Assembly: GCA_903885195.1 (NCBI GenBank)
Contig: CAISHQ010000032.1
Coordinates: 11,192 to 75,191 of the forward strand
Direction: 5' to 3'
Length of the DNA: 64,000 nucleotides
Origin: an uncultured Pseudomonadota bacterium
GTDB lineage: Bacteria; Pseudomonadota; Gammaproteobacteria; Steroidobacterales; Steroidobacteraceae
The position numbers and the translations under genes are program-made. Below, one piece after another: positions 29,330 to 37,927 of this stretch. Below the pieces are notes generated by a model. That model was not told the DNA's origin and ran no database searches. It saw nothing but the letters and a program-made list of their open reading frames with translations. How positions within the stretch are numbered: the first letter of the stretch is position 1; each line of letters begins with the position of its first letter.

Positions 29330-30559
29330 CTACGGGTTATGGGGCGAGGTCGCGCTGCGGCGTGCCACCGTGGCGAGTACTGCCGCACCCGCCAGCAGCG
29401 ATACGGCGGCGAGTGCAAACGGCGCCCCCGGGAAATCCAGGGGCCCAGAGGTCGCGAGACTGAACACGTGGGTCATGCTGAAGGGCGTGACGATCGCCGT
29501 GAAGCCGACGATGCCGCTGATCGCACCCTGCAGCTCGCCCTGAGCGTTGGCCGGTACACGCTGCGAGAGCAGCGCACGCATGGAAGGCATGGCAAGACCG
29601 ATCAGGCACGCGAGGGGTACGCTGGCAAACAGCATCGTCGGTGTGTCGGCGAGCGCGTAGCCGCAGAAGCCGATCGAACCCAGTACGAGCCCGAGCAGTG
29701 CGGAGCGGTATTCGCCAAGTTTGCGTGTGAAAAGGCCGACAAGACCGCCCTGCACGACGGCTGTGCCGAGTCCGAGCACGGCGAGCGAGATGCCGACGCC
29801 ACGCTCGTCCCAGTCGAACTTCGCCATGGTCATCCACGCCCAGGTGGAGGGCAGAGTGTCGTGGCCGATCTGATACATGAAGATCACGAACAGCAGGATC
29901 AGCGCACCCGGAACGCGACCCACCGAGCGCAGCGCACCGATCACGGTGGCGCGTCGCGCCGAGAACTCGCGACGATCCCCTTGCGGCAGCGTCTCGCGCA
30001 GCACGGCCAGCGCAATGAGGAAATTGAGGGCCGTGAAGCCGGCTGCAGCGAAGAAGGGCACGCGCGAGCCGAAGTCCCCGAGTAGTCCGCCGACCGCGGG
30101 GCCAACGATGAACCCCATGCCCCAGGCTGCGCCGTTCAAGCCGAAATATTTGGCGCGTTGCTCGGGCGGGATCACATCCGCCACCACGGCATTCGCGGTC
30201 GCGAAAGTGGCACCAGCGATGCCCGCGATGATCCGTCCGATGAAGAGCCAGGCGAGCGTTGGCGCAAAGCCCATCAGCACATAATCCACCGCGAGTGCGG
30301 CCAGCGAGGCGAGCAGGATCGGCTTACGTCCGTAGCGATCGCTGAGATTGCCGAGGATCGGCGAGAACACGAACTGCATCGAAGCGTAGGCGAGGGTCAG
30401 CCAGCCGGCGATCGGCGCTGCCTCAGCGAGACCGAGACCCGCCAGTTCCATCACGAGCTGCGGCGCCACGGGGATGATGATGCCGATGCCGAGTGAGTCG
30501 ATGAACAGCGCCATCGCCACGACAGGCAGCATGCGACGACGTGGATCAGAAGCGGTCAT
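29330..30559 (-). CDS. MFS transporter (TCR/Tet-family drug:H+ antiporter-like)
   Basis: 12-TM profile; DSLGIGIIIP...; LSDRYGRKPIL is MFS motif A. Confidence 0.85.
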   Translation of the reverse strand: MTASDPRRRMLPVVAMALFIDSLGIGIIIPVAPQLVMELAGLGLAEAAPIAGWLTLAYASMQFVFSPILGNLSDRYGRKPILLASLAALAVDYVLMGFAPTLAWLFIGRIIAGIAGATFATANAVVADVIPPEQRAKYFGLNGAAWGMGFIVGPAVGGLLGDFGSRVPFFAAAGFTALNFLIALAVLRETLPQGDRREFSARRATVIGALRSVGRVPGALILLFVIFMYQIGHDTLPSTWAWMTMAKFDWDERGVGISLAVLGLGTAVVQGGLVGLFTRKLGEYRSALLGLVLGSIGFCGYALADTPTMLFASVPLACLIGLAMPSMRALLSQRVPANAQGELQGAISGIVGFTAIVTPFSMTHVFSLATSGPLDFPGAPFALAAVSLLAGAAVLATVARRSATSPHNP

Positions 30560-30580
30560 GCTCTCTCCCCGTTGCAGATG

Positions 30581-31660
30581 TCAGGTCAACGCGGCGCCGC
30601 GTGCGGTGCGATAGCGCTGAACGATTTCGAGCGCGGTGCGGGTGGGCGCCGGCAGATCGACATCGGTGGTACCGAGCGGCGTGGTGCGCCCGCCCCAGCG
30701 AACGAGGTGGGCGCAGAACGTCAGACCGCCGCCGAAGCCCGGCATCAGCAGCAATCCGCCCGGTTTGACGCGCCCTTCTTCGAGCGCCTCGCAAAGCGCG
30801 GTGGGCACCGTGGCGGCCGACATGTTGCCGTAGCGTTGAACGTTCACGTGCACGCGATCCATGGGCACACCGGCGCGTTTGGCGACCGACTCGATGATGC
30901 GCAGGTTCGCCTGGTGCGGGATGACGAGATCGACGTCGTCGGCGCTTTTGCCTGCACGGCGTAGGACGTCTTCGCAGGCGAGACCCATGCCGTTGACCGC
31001 TTTTTTGAAGATCTCCTGACCTTCGAACTGCCACTCGGTCCGACCGAGCAGCCGGCCCTGATGCACGTAGGCGCTGCCGATGCCGTGGATGCGCAGGATT
31101 TCACGCGACTCGCCGTAGCAGCCGAGTTTTTCGAGCAGCAGACCTTCATCCGCCTCGGTCGCCTGCAGCACGACCGCGGCTGCGCCGTCGCCGAACAGCA
31201 CGGCCACGTTGCGATCGTTCCAGTCGAGGTAAGGAGAAATGAGCTCTCCACCGACCACGAGCGCCGTGCGCACCACGCCGCTGCGAATCAGCGCCGTGGC
31301 CGTCGAGAGTCCGTACAGGAAGCTCGTACAGGCGGTATTGACGTCCATGGCGGCGCAGCCGTCGGCGCCGATGCGCTGCTGCAGTCCCGAGGCCATGTTC
31401 GGGCACTGATCGTCATGGGTGGTGGTGCCGAATACGATGAGCTCGATGTCCTTGCCCTCGAGCCCGGCGCAGGCGAGGGCGCGCATCGCGGCCACATGGG
31501 CCATATCGCCGAGCGAGGCATGCGCCACCCGCCGCTCGCGGATACCGGTGCGACTCGTGATCCACTCGTCCGAGGTTTCGAGGAACGTGGCGATGTCGGC
31601 GTTCGACAGCGTGCACGGTGGCAGGCACTTCCCCCAGCCCGTGATTCCGGCATTTGGCAT
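30581..31660 (-). CDS. 3-oxoacyl-ACP synthase III (FabH-like KAS III)
   Basis: SDEWITSRTGIRERR; active-site Cys in NTACTSFLYGL; His in IPHQANLRII; Asn in YGNMSAATVP. ATG 31660 is preceded by AGGGGG. Confidence 0.88.
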   Translation of the reverse strand: MPNAGITGWGKCLPPCTLSNADIATFLETSDEWITSRTGIRERRVAHASLGDMAHVAAMRALACAGLEGKDIELIVFGTTTHDDQCPNMASGLQQRIGADGCAAMDVNTACTSFLYGLSTATALIRSGVVRTALVVGGELISPYLDWNDRNVAVLFGDGAAAVVLQATEADEGLLLEKLGCYGESREILRIHGIGSAYVHQGRLLGRTEWQFEGQEIFKKAVNGMGLACEDVLRRAGKSADDVDLVIPHQANLRIIESVAKRAGVPMDRVHVNVQRYGNMSAATVPTALCEALEEGRVKPGGLLLMPGFGGGLTFCAHLVRWGGRTTPLGTTDVDLPAPTRTALEIVQRYRTARGAALT

Positions 31661-31812
31661 GCGACCCCCTTTGCTGTGCCGAGGATACCCGCGCCGTGGC
31701 AGCGGTTCCATTGGTTGGCCGCGGCAGCGGGTAACGGTCACACCGCGGTCGCCAAGCCGCTAAGGTCGATGCACTCGGTGCAACGTTGCAGTGTTCGGGG
31801 GGGACAACGCCA

Positions 31813-32352
31813 ATGTGGATGCCGCCGCTTGAGGATGCCTGGCAGGGCAAGGTGCAGTTCTATGAACTCATCTTCGGTACCTGGACGGTTTACGTGTTTC
31901 TGGTGTGGCTCTGGCAGCGTGTGCTCAAGGAGCCCCTCGATGAGTGGCGCTACGTGCTGCTGACGTTCTTCGGTGCTGGTGCATTCTGGGTCAACCACTA
32001 CTGGTTGAACGCGCCGAAGCCCACCTGGCTCGTGCTCATCAATCTTTACACCGTGTTCTATCTCACGGCGTGGTGGATCGTCGGTGTCCGCGGCCGCAAT
32101 CGCTCAGGGGCTTGGAAACTCGGCGCAATGGCGGGTGCCGTGGCATACACCGTCGTGTTCATCCTCTTCGAGAATCTCGCACGCTACGGCGTCGAGCAGT
32201 GGGGGATGCACGAGTTCTGCTGGATGAGCCTGTCGTTCTTCGGCTTCTGGTGGTTGATCCTCTGGCGCAGCAAGTCGACCGTACGGCCGAAGCCCGCCAA
32301 AGAGGATCCCTATCCCAAGCCGCGCTGGCGCGGAGCAGGCGGGGACTTGTAG
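31813..32352 (+). CDS. Hypothetical Trp-rich integral membrane protein (about 5 TM)
   Basis: Hydrophobic, aromatic-rich translation (WTVYVFLVWLW..., FWVNHYWL..., FFGFWWLILW). No family recognised. ATG 31813 is chosen (GGGGGGA upstream); TTG 31786 is possible. Confidence 0.55.
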   Translation: MWMPPLEDAWQGKVQFYELIFGTWTVYVFLVWLWQRVLKEPLDEWRYVLLTFFGAGAFWVNHYWLNAPKPTWLVLINLYTVFYLTAWWIVGVRGRNRSGAWKLGAMAGAVAYTVVFILFENLARYGVEQWGMHEFCWMSLSFFGFWWLILWRSKSTVRPKPAKEDPYPKPRWRGAGGDL

Positions 32353-32371
32353 CGCCTCGGTCGCGAGTCGA

Positions 32372-33922
32372 TCAGATCGCGCCGAGCACCTCGAGCGAGA
32401 CGCGTTCGGCTGATTCGAAAGCGCCCTCCATACCGCGGCTGCCGATCGAGGTGTGTTCGCCGCAGAAGAATAGCCGCTGATGCGGCTGTGCGATGGCCGC
32501 ACGCAACTCTCGAACCTGACCCGGGTGGAAGATCGCCCAGTCGCCTGCCGAGAACGGATCGGTCGTCCAGGAGTGCACGGCGCCGACGCTGAGCAGACCC
32601 TTCGAGGCGGGCCGCAGTCGCTCGAACTCGGCGATGATCATGCGCTTGGCGTCCTCGACGTTGAAGCGATCAATGTAGAGGCCGTTGAGACCGCGACACC
32701 ACACGGTGAGGCTCGTCACTTCGGTGTCGGTCTTGCCAAACTTTTGCGCAAGCACCAAGCCGAGTGGACCGTCCGTCCACATCGAAGGTGACAGGCCATC
32801 GGTCTCCCAGAACGGCTTCTTCGATAGCACGTGGAATTGCGTGATCGGGATATAGCCGAGCGTCTGGATGGCCTTGTTCTGCACGGGCGGCGGCAGCGGA
32901 TCGATCGCCACGTTGCGCAGCGTCGAGAAGGGCATCGAGCAGATGACGGCCTTGGCGCGATGCACCGAGCCGTCGCTGCAGGTGACCTTGGCCCCTGTGG
33001 CCGAGGTCTCGATCGCGACGACGCGCTTGCCCTGCAGCACATCGCCCTTGAGGCGCTGCGCCATCGCCATCGGCAGGCGCTGGTTGCCACCCTTGAACAC
33101 GCCGATCAGCACGCTGCCGCCGGTCATGCCGGGCGGTGAGGCGGGGGCGGCGGACGCAGCGGGCGCAGCCGGTGCCGCGCCTGGTGTTGGCGCGTTCACC
33201 GCGCCCGTACGCGAGAACGCCATGATCGCGCCGCGATTCACGTTCTGCCAGTGATCGGAGAAGGCCTGCTGCAGCAGCGACACATCGTAGGCCGTGGTGC
33301 CGTAGGCGATGTTGGTGTCATAGCCGAGGCGGATCATCGCGTCGGTGGCGCCCTTGGACGAGAGGAACTCGTGGATCGAGATGTCGTACTGCGCGTGCGC
33401 CTCGTCGTACCAATTTTGCAGGTCGCGGAACGGCATGTGCTGCTTGAACATGGCGTCGGCCCAGGCCCAGGGCGGCAGTTTCTTCATGTCGGCCGTGAAC
33501 GGATTACGCCGATGGGTCGGCCAATCCTTGAGGGCGATGTGTTCGCCGCCGAGAAACAGCTCCTGACCGGCACGGTTGGCCATCAGTCGCGGCATGACGT
33601 TGACGACTTCGATGCCGTATTTCTGCGCCGCCGCCAGACAGCGACCGTACGCATTGGCGATGCTGTTGCCGCCCACCTCGGGATGTCCCGGCAGGTCGAA
33701 GAGGGTGTAGACACGTCCGCCGACGCGCTTGCGTCCCTCAAGGACGCGAACTTTGAGCCCGCTTTCTTCGAGCGTGACCGCCGCTTCGAGTCCCGAGAGA
33801 CCGGCACCGATGACGATGACATCCGGATCGCCACTGCTGGCAGTCCACGCCGTGTTGGACAGACTCGCGACTGCCGCGGTGGCAGCCGTGGAGGCGACGA
33901 ATTGGCGTCGGTTCAATGACAT
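32372..33922 (-). CDS. Tat-exported flavin-containing amine oxidase family protein
   Basis: Twin-arginine signal MSLNRRQFVASTAATAAVASL. DVIVIGAGLSGLEAA...VLEGRKRVGGRV is the FAD fold. C-terminal FFCGEHTS is the amine-oxidase signature. Confidence 0.85.
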   Translation of the reverse strand: MSLNRRQFVASTAATAAVASLSNTAWTASSGDPDVIVIGAGLSGLEAAVTLEESGLKVRVLEGRKRVGGRVYTLFDLPGHPEVGGNSIANAYGRCLAAAQKYGIEVVNVMPRLMANRAGQELFLGGEHIALKDWPTHRRNPFTADMKKLPPWAWADAMFKQHMPFRDLQNWYDEAHAQYDISIHEFLSSKGATDAMIRLGYDTNIAYGTTAYDVSLLQQAFSDHWQNVNRGAIMAFSRTGAVNAPTPGAAPAAPAASAAPASPPGMTGGSVLIGVFKGGNQRLPMAMAQRLKGDVLQGKRVVAIETSATGAKVTCSDGSVHRAKAVICSMPFSTLRNVAIDPLPPPVQNKAIQTLGYIPITQFHVLSKKPFWETDGLSPSMWTDGPLGLVLAQKFGKTDTEVTSLTVWCRGLNGLYIDRFNVEDAKRMIIAEFERLRPASKGLLSVGAVHSWTTDPFSAGDWAIFHPGQVRELRAAIAQPHQRLFFCGEHTSIGSRGMEGAFESAERVSLEVLGAI

Positions 33923-33971
33923 GTGCGTGATCCCCCGTATGTTTTCATGAGGTGCTGCGGCGGCCTACCGG

Positions 33972-35075
33972 TCAGGGCAGCCGGCACCGCAGCACCGTGC
34001 GATCCGTAATCGATCCGATGAGCAGGGTGCCATTGGAGACGGCCCCGACGCTACCTGCCGAGATCTCGCGACCATCCTGCGCATACACCGTTTGCAGCGG
34101 ACGCTTGTCTGTCTCCACGTAACGAACGATCTGTGTCGGTGAGGCATGTCCCGCATCACCGAAGTTGCGTACCAGATCGAGCAACCGGGCGTGCACGGCG
34201 ACCCAGACCTCGCCCTCAGCATCGACGTTGACGTTATCCGGTGAGCCGGCGATCGGCACGTGCTTGTCGAAGACGAGTTCGCCGGTCCCGGCGTTGCGTC
34301 GATAAACGGCGAGGCGCTTGCCGAGCGTCTCCGCGGCATACAGCCGCAAACCGTCCGGACTGATACCAAGACCGACGGCGCTCTTCAGGCCATCGGCAAC
34401 GATCCGCATGTCCTGCCCGTCAAAGTAAACGAGCTTTGACATGCCGCGGCGGAGTCCGAACTCGCTGACTCGTTGCAGCGCATTGGTTGCGCCCTTGTCG
34501 TTGGCGACGTAGAACTGCTCTGGGCCCACTGCAACGATGGCATTCGGCGAGAGCAGCAGTGGATGGCGGATGCTCGCCACCGGCTGGAACGGCCCGCCGC
34601 CGACTTGTTCGAAGATTTCGATGCTGTGGCCACCGCCGGCGGGGTGCGAGATGACGAACAGCCGCTGCATGCCATCGCCCATGCGGTAGAGCGACATACC
34701 ATGCGGACGAAAATCACTCGGTCGTGCGGCGAGTGCCGAAACCGGAGTGGCACTGCCGTCGTTCAGATCGAGTTGCAGGATATCGCCTTGCACGTTATTG
34801 CCCTCGACGAGTCCGCGCCGGTCGAGCGCCGAGAGGTAGGCAACGCCGCGACTGCGATCGATCTGGATATCTTCGGCACTGGCGGTGAGGGCGATGCGCG
34901 AGCAGGGGCCGGGCGTTGCCGTGGGGAGCGCGGTGAACTGCCCGCCGAAGCGCATGAACTCGAGCGTGAACGGCAGCAACACCAGAATCAGCGACGCCAA
35001 AACCCAGCCGATACGCTTGACCCAGATCACCGTACGCACACTCCTGCCCTGTACACGTCGCGCCGCGCGCGACAA
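33972..35075 (-). CDS. Paraoxonase (PON)/arylesterase-family six-bladed beta-propeller lactonase homologue, N-terminally membrane-anchored
   Basis: It is collinear with mammalian PON1 motifs: SAEDIQI (PON GSEDLEI), FRPHGMSLY (FNPHGIST), VISHP (VVNHP), NAIVAVGPEQFYVAND (NDIVAVGPEHFYGTND), GISPDGLRLYAAE (NISPDGKYVYIAE), PDNVNVD (VDNISVD) and GTLLIGSITDRTVLRCRL (GKLLIGTVFHKALYCEL). Confidence 0.85.
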   Translation of the reverse strand: MSRAARRVQGRSVRTVIWVKRIGWVLASLILVLLPFTLEFMRFGGQFTALPTATPGPCSRIALTASAEDIQIDRSRGVAYLSALDRRGLVEGNNVQGDILQLDLNDGSATPVSALAARPSDFRPHGMSLYRMGDGMQRLFVISHPAGGGHSIEIFEQVGGGPFQPVASIRHPLLLSPNAIVAVGPEQFYVANDKGATNALQRVSEFGLRRGMSKLVYFDGQDMRIVADGLKSAVGLGISPDGLRLYAAETLGKRLAVYRRNAGTGELVFDKHVPIAGSPDNVNVDAEGEVWVAVHARLLDLVRNFGDAGHASPTQIVRYVETDKRPLQTVYAQDGREISAGSVGAVSNGTLLIGSITDRTVLRCRLP

Positions 35076-35159
35076 CCCCCGCCGCTCATTCTAGCGCGCT
35101 TGTCCGATGGCGCACGTATCCGTTGACGGCGACCTTTGGCGCTGTCTACGACGGCGTGT

Positions 35160-36374
35160 TCAGTCGATCGCGGCGGCGGCGCGCAGGCCCTCGATCATGG
35201 CGGTTCGCCGCAGGTACTCACGTGCCTGCTGCGGATCGGCTGCGGTTGCGCGCATCGCGGCCTGCCGCGCTAGGCGCTGGGTCTCGTCCGTTTCCTCGAG
35301 CGTCTGCTTGTTGGCGATGGTTTGCGCTTGCAGGTAGCGCTCGGCCACCGCGCGTCGTTGCCGATCGTATTGATCGAGCAGATCGCTGCCTGCTTCACCG
35401 CGCCACACTCGACCGAGTCGGTGCGCCAGGTTGTGTGCATCGTGCACACCGAAGTTCAGGCCCATGCCGCCGAGCGGGTTATTGACGTGCGCGGCATCGC
35501 CCGCCAGCAGCACCCGACCCTTGCGGTAGGTCTGCGCGACGCGTTGATGCACGGCGTAAAGATTGGTGTGCACGATGCGACCCTGCACGCTCTCGGGCGC
35601 GAAGGCGGCGAGGCGCTGTGCCGCGCGGGCGAAATCGAGCAGGTCCTGCTCGCTTTCTTCGGGACGAGTCGGGAACACGCACCGCCAGATGCCGCGCTCG
35701 TCCTCGCCCGGCACCTTGAAGGTTGCAGCCCACTCGATCGGATCCATCGTGTAGGAACTGTAGGCGTAGCCGAGCGTCGCGAAATCGAAGGTGGTGGTGA
35801 TCACGAGGAAGCGCTCTGGCCAGGTGAAGCCCTCGAAGCCGATATCCTGCGATTTGCGCACCAGACTGCGTCCGCCATCCGCACCGATCAGCCACTTGCC
35901 CTGGAAGCGCTCGCTGCCGCCGTTTGGATGGCGTACCTCGATCTGCACTTGTTCGTCGTTTTGCGTCACGCCGACGAGCTCGGCGCCATGCAGCACGCGT
36001 GCGAGCGGATGTTCGACGACCCGTCGTTCCAGCATGGCGACGAGCTTGTGTTGCTCGCACTGCAAGCGATACGGGTAACGCGTGTCTGCGGCGAGTACGC
36101 CAAGATCGAACTGCGCGATGAGTCCGTTCTGCCGATCGCGATATTGCCAGTGTGGCGTGACGATGCCGCGGGCGTGCAATTCGGCCGTGACGCCCGACGG
36201 CTCAAACATCTCGAGTGTCGGTGGATGGTATGTGGCGGCACGCGGGTCGGCGTGCGGCGTGACGCTGCGCTCGAGCACGGTCACCGGCACACCCTCAGCG
36301 AGCAGGAACACTGCGGCGGACATGCCGGCCGGGCCACCACCGGCGATGAGTACGCGCTGCGCGTCGTCCGTCAC
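35160..36374 (-). CDS. FAD-dependent aromatic-ring monooxygenase (group A flavin hydroxylase)
   Basis: VLIAGGGPAGMSAAVFL is a GxGxxG motif. LIGADGGRS and LAGDAAHVNNPLGGMGLNFGVHDAHNLAHRL are group A motifs. Confidence 0.85.
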   Translation of the reverse strand: MTDDAQRVLIAGGGPAGMSAAVFLLAEGVPVTVLERSVTPHADPRAATYHPPTLEMFEPSGVTAELHARGIVTPHWQYRDRQNGLIAQFDLGVLAADTRYPYRLQCEQHKLVAMLERRVVEHPLARVLHGAELVGVTQNDEQVQIEVRHPNGGSERFQGKWLIGADGGRSLVRKSQDIGFEGFTWPERFLVITTTFDFATLGYAYSSYTMDPIEWAATFKVPGEDERGIWRCVFPTRPEESEQDLLDFARAAQRLAAFAPESVQGRIVHTNLYAVHQRVAQTYRKGRVLLAGDAAHVNNPLGGMGLNFGVHDAHNLAHRLGRVWRGEAGSDLLDQYDRQRRAVAERYLQAQTIANKQTLEETDETQRLARQAAMRATAADPQQAREYLRRTAMIEGLRAAAAID

Positions 36375-36391
36375 GTTCTGCCCATCACGAT

Positions 36392-37135
36392 CTAGAATCG
36401 CTCCAGCACCGAGCCGCAGCCTTGCACCTGATCTTCAATACCGGAGCGGCGTAGCGCATCCCAGTAGGTGATGGCATTGATGGCGAGCACCGGTTTGCCG
36501 AGCCAGCGCTCGGCCTCGGCGCAGATTTCGACGGCGGCGAGATTGGTGCCGACTTGGACGAGCGCATCAACGTCATCGCCGTCGAGCGCACGCAATGCGT
36601 CGATCACCTGTCGCTCGCTGGTGTGTGCGATCTGGATGGGCGAGGGACACTTGAGCCCGATGAGCCGAGGCAGTGCGAAACCCGCCTCCTCGAAATAACG
36701 CCGCACCTGTTCGTCACCCCGCGGTTGGTGAGGGGTGAGTACGGCAATCGAGCGGGCGCCAAGACGCCGCAGCGCCGCGACCGTGGCGGTCGAGCCCATG
36801 GAGACGCCGACCCCGGCGCGTTCAGCCAGTTCGCGCTGCAGTTCATCGGCTGCGGCCACGCCACCCCAGAACGCCTCGAGCGCGACGCCCATGATCACGT
36901 GGGTTGGCTGGCAGGTCATCACCTGATCGATTGCGCTGCGCATGCCATCGCGCATGGCCTGCACGTGCTCGAGGAAGGCTTGCTCGCTGGTCAGCGGTCG
37001 CTCCCGGATGCTGATGCGGGCGACGTGGTTCGTGACGCCCTTCGGACGCAGGCGTTCCGATTCGGGCTGACAGCTCGTGTTGGTGGAGGGGATGACGATC
37101 GCGATGCGGCCGCGATAGCCGAGTTGGTCTGTCAT
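36392..37135 (-). CDS. Asp/Glu/hydantoin racemase superfamily protein (maleate isomerase / arylmalonate decarboxylase-like)
   Basis: RIAIVIPSTNTSCQPE and VQVGTNL are motifs with the two catalytic-Cys contexts. Size is about 247 aa. Confidence 0.75.
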   Translation of the reverse strand: MTDQLGYRGRIAIVIPSTNTSCQPESERLRPKGVTNHVARISIRERPLTSEQAFLEHVQAMRDGMRSAIDQVMTCQPTHVIMGVALEAFWGGVAAADELQRELAERAGVGVSMGSTATVAALRRLGARSIAVLTPHQPRGDEQVRRYFEEAGFALPRLIGLKCPSPIQIAHTSERQVIDALRALDGDDVDALVQVGTNLAAVEICAEAERWLGKPVLAINAITYWDALRRSGIEDQVQGCGSVLERF

Positions 37136-37908
37136 GGTGACTTGGTACTGCCGCCATCGATGGTGAGAGAAGTGCCCGTGAGGTGTGCCGCCATGGACGA
37201 GGCCAGGAAGGCGACGTGGGTGGCGATTTCTTCAGGCGTCGCAAGACGCCGCAGCGCGGTCTTCTCGAGAAACTTGGCCTCCGCCTCGGCCGGCGTGCAG
37301 CCCTCACGTTTAGCCGCCGCCTGCATCAGCGTATCCCAGCGGCTCGAGCGCACCGGGCCAGGGTTGACTGCGTTGATGGCAACGCCATGCGGACCCAGCT
37401 CCTCGGCAAGCCCGCGCACGATGGCGAGTAGCGCTGCGTTTGCAGCCGCACCAGGCAGCATGCGCGGTTCCGGCTGACGTGCCGAATTGCCGACCACGAG
37501 CACGATGCGGCCACCACGCTGCGCGATCATGCGCGGGGCGATTTCGCGCAGCGCGCGGATGGTGCCGAACAATTTGATATCGAGGTTACGCTGCCAGGCG
37601 GCATCGTCGATTTCCCAGAACACACCGCCCTGCGCTGCACCGGCGGCGCTGATGAAGACATCTACGCCACCGAGTGCCGTGATTGCTTCCTCGATGGCTT
37701 GCGCCGTGGCCGCTGCGGAACCGAGATCGCAGCCGATCGCGCAGAAATTCGTCGGGCGCTGCATCGCTTCGACTTGCAGCCGCGCCAGATCGCGACCGAG
37801 CAAGGCGACCTGCGCGCCCTCGGCAGCGAGGGTTCTTGCTATGGCGCGGCCCAACACGCCGCTCGCGCCGCAGAGCACCACACGTTTGCCACTGAGTTGC
37901 AGATCCAT
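37132..37908 (-). CDS. SDR-family oxidoreductase
   Basis: GKRVVLCGASGVLGRAIARTLAAEGAQVAL is a TGxxxGxG-like motif. The body is a classical SDR. ATGA overlap with the downstream gene. The internal ATG at 37908 is used; the 450-aa ORF-track version is an artefact. Confidence 0.85.
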   Translation of the reverse strand: MDLQLSGKRVVLCGASGVLGRAIARTLAAEGAQVALLGRDLARLQVEAMQRPTNFCAIGCDLGSAAATAQAIEEAITALGGVDVFISAAGAAQGGVFWEIDDAAWQRNLDIKLFGTIRALREIAPRMIAQRGGRIVLVVGNSARQPEPRMLPGAAANAALLAIVRGLAEELGPHGVAINAVNPGPVRSSRWDTLMQAAAKREGCTPAEAEAKFLEKTALRRLATPEEIATHVAFLASSMAAHLTGTSLTIDGGSTKSP

Positions 37909-37927
37909 AAGTGAGTGTCGCTCCGTG

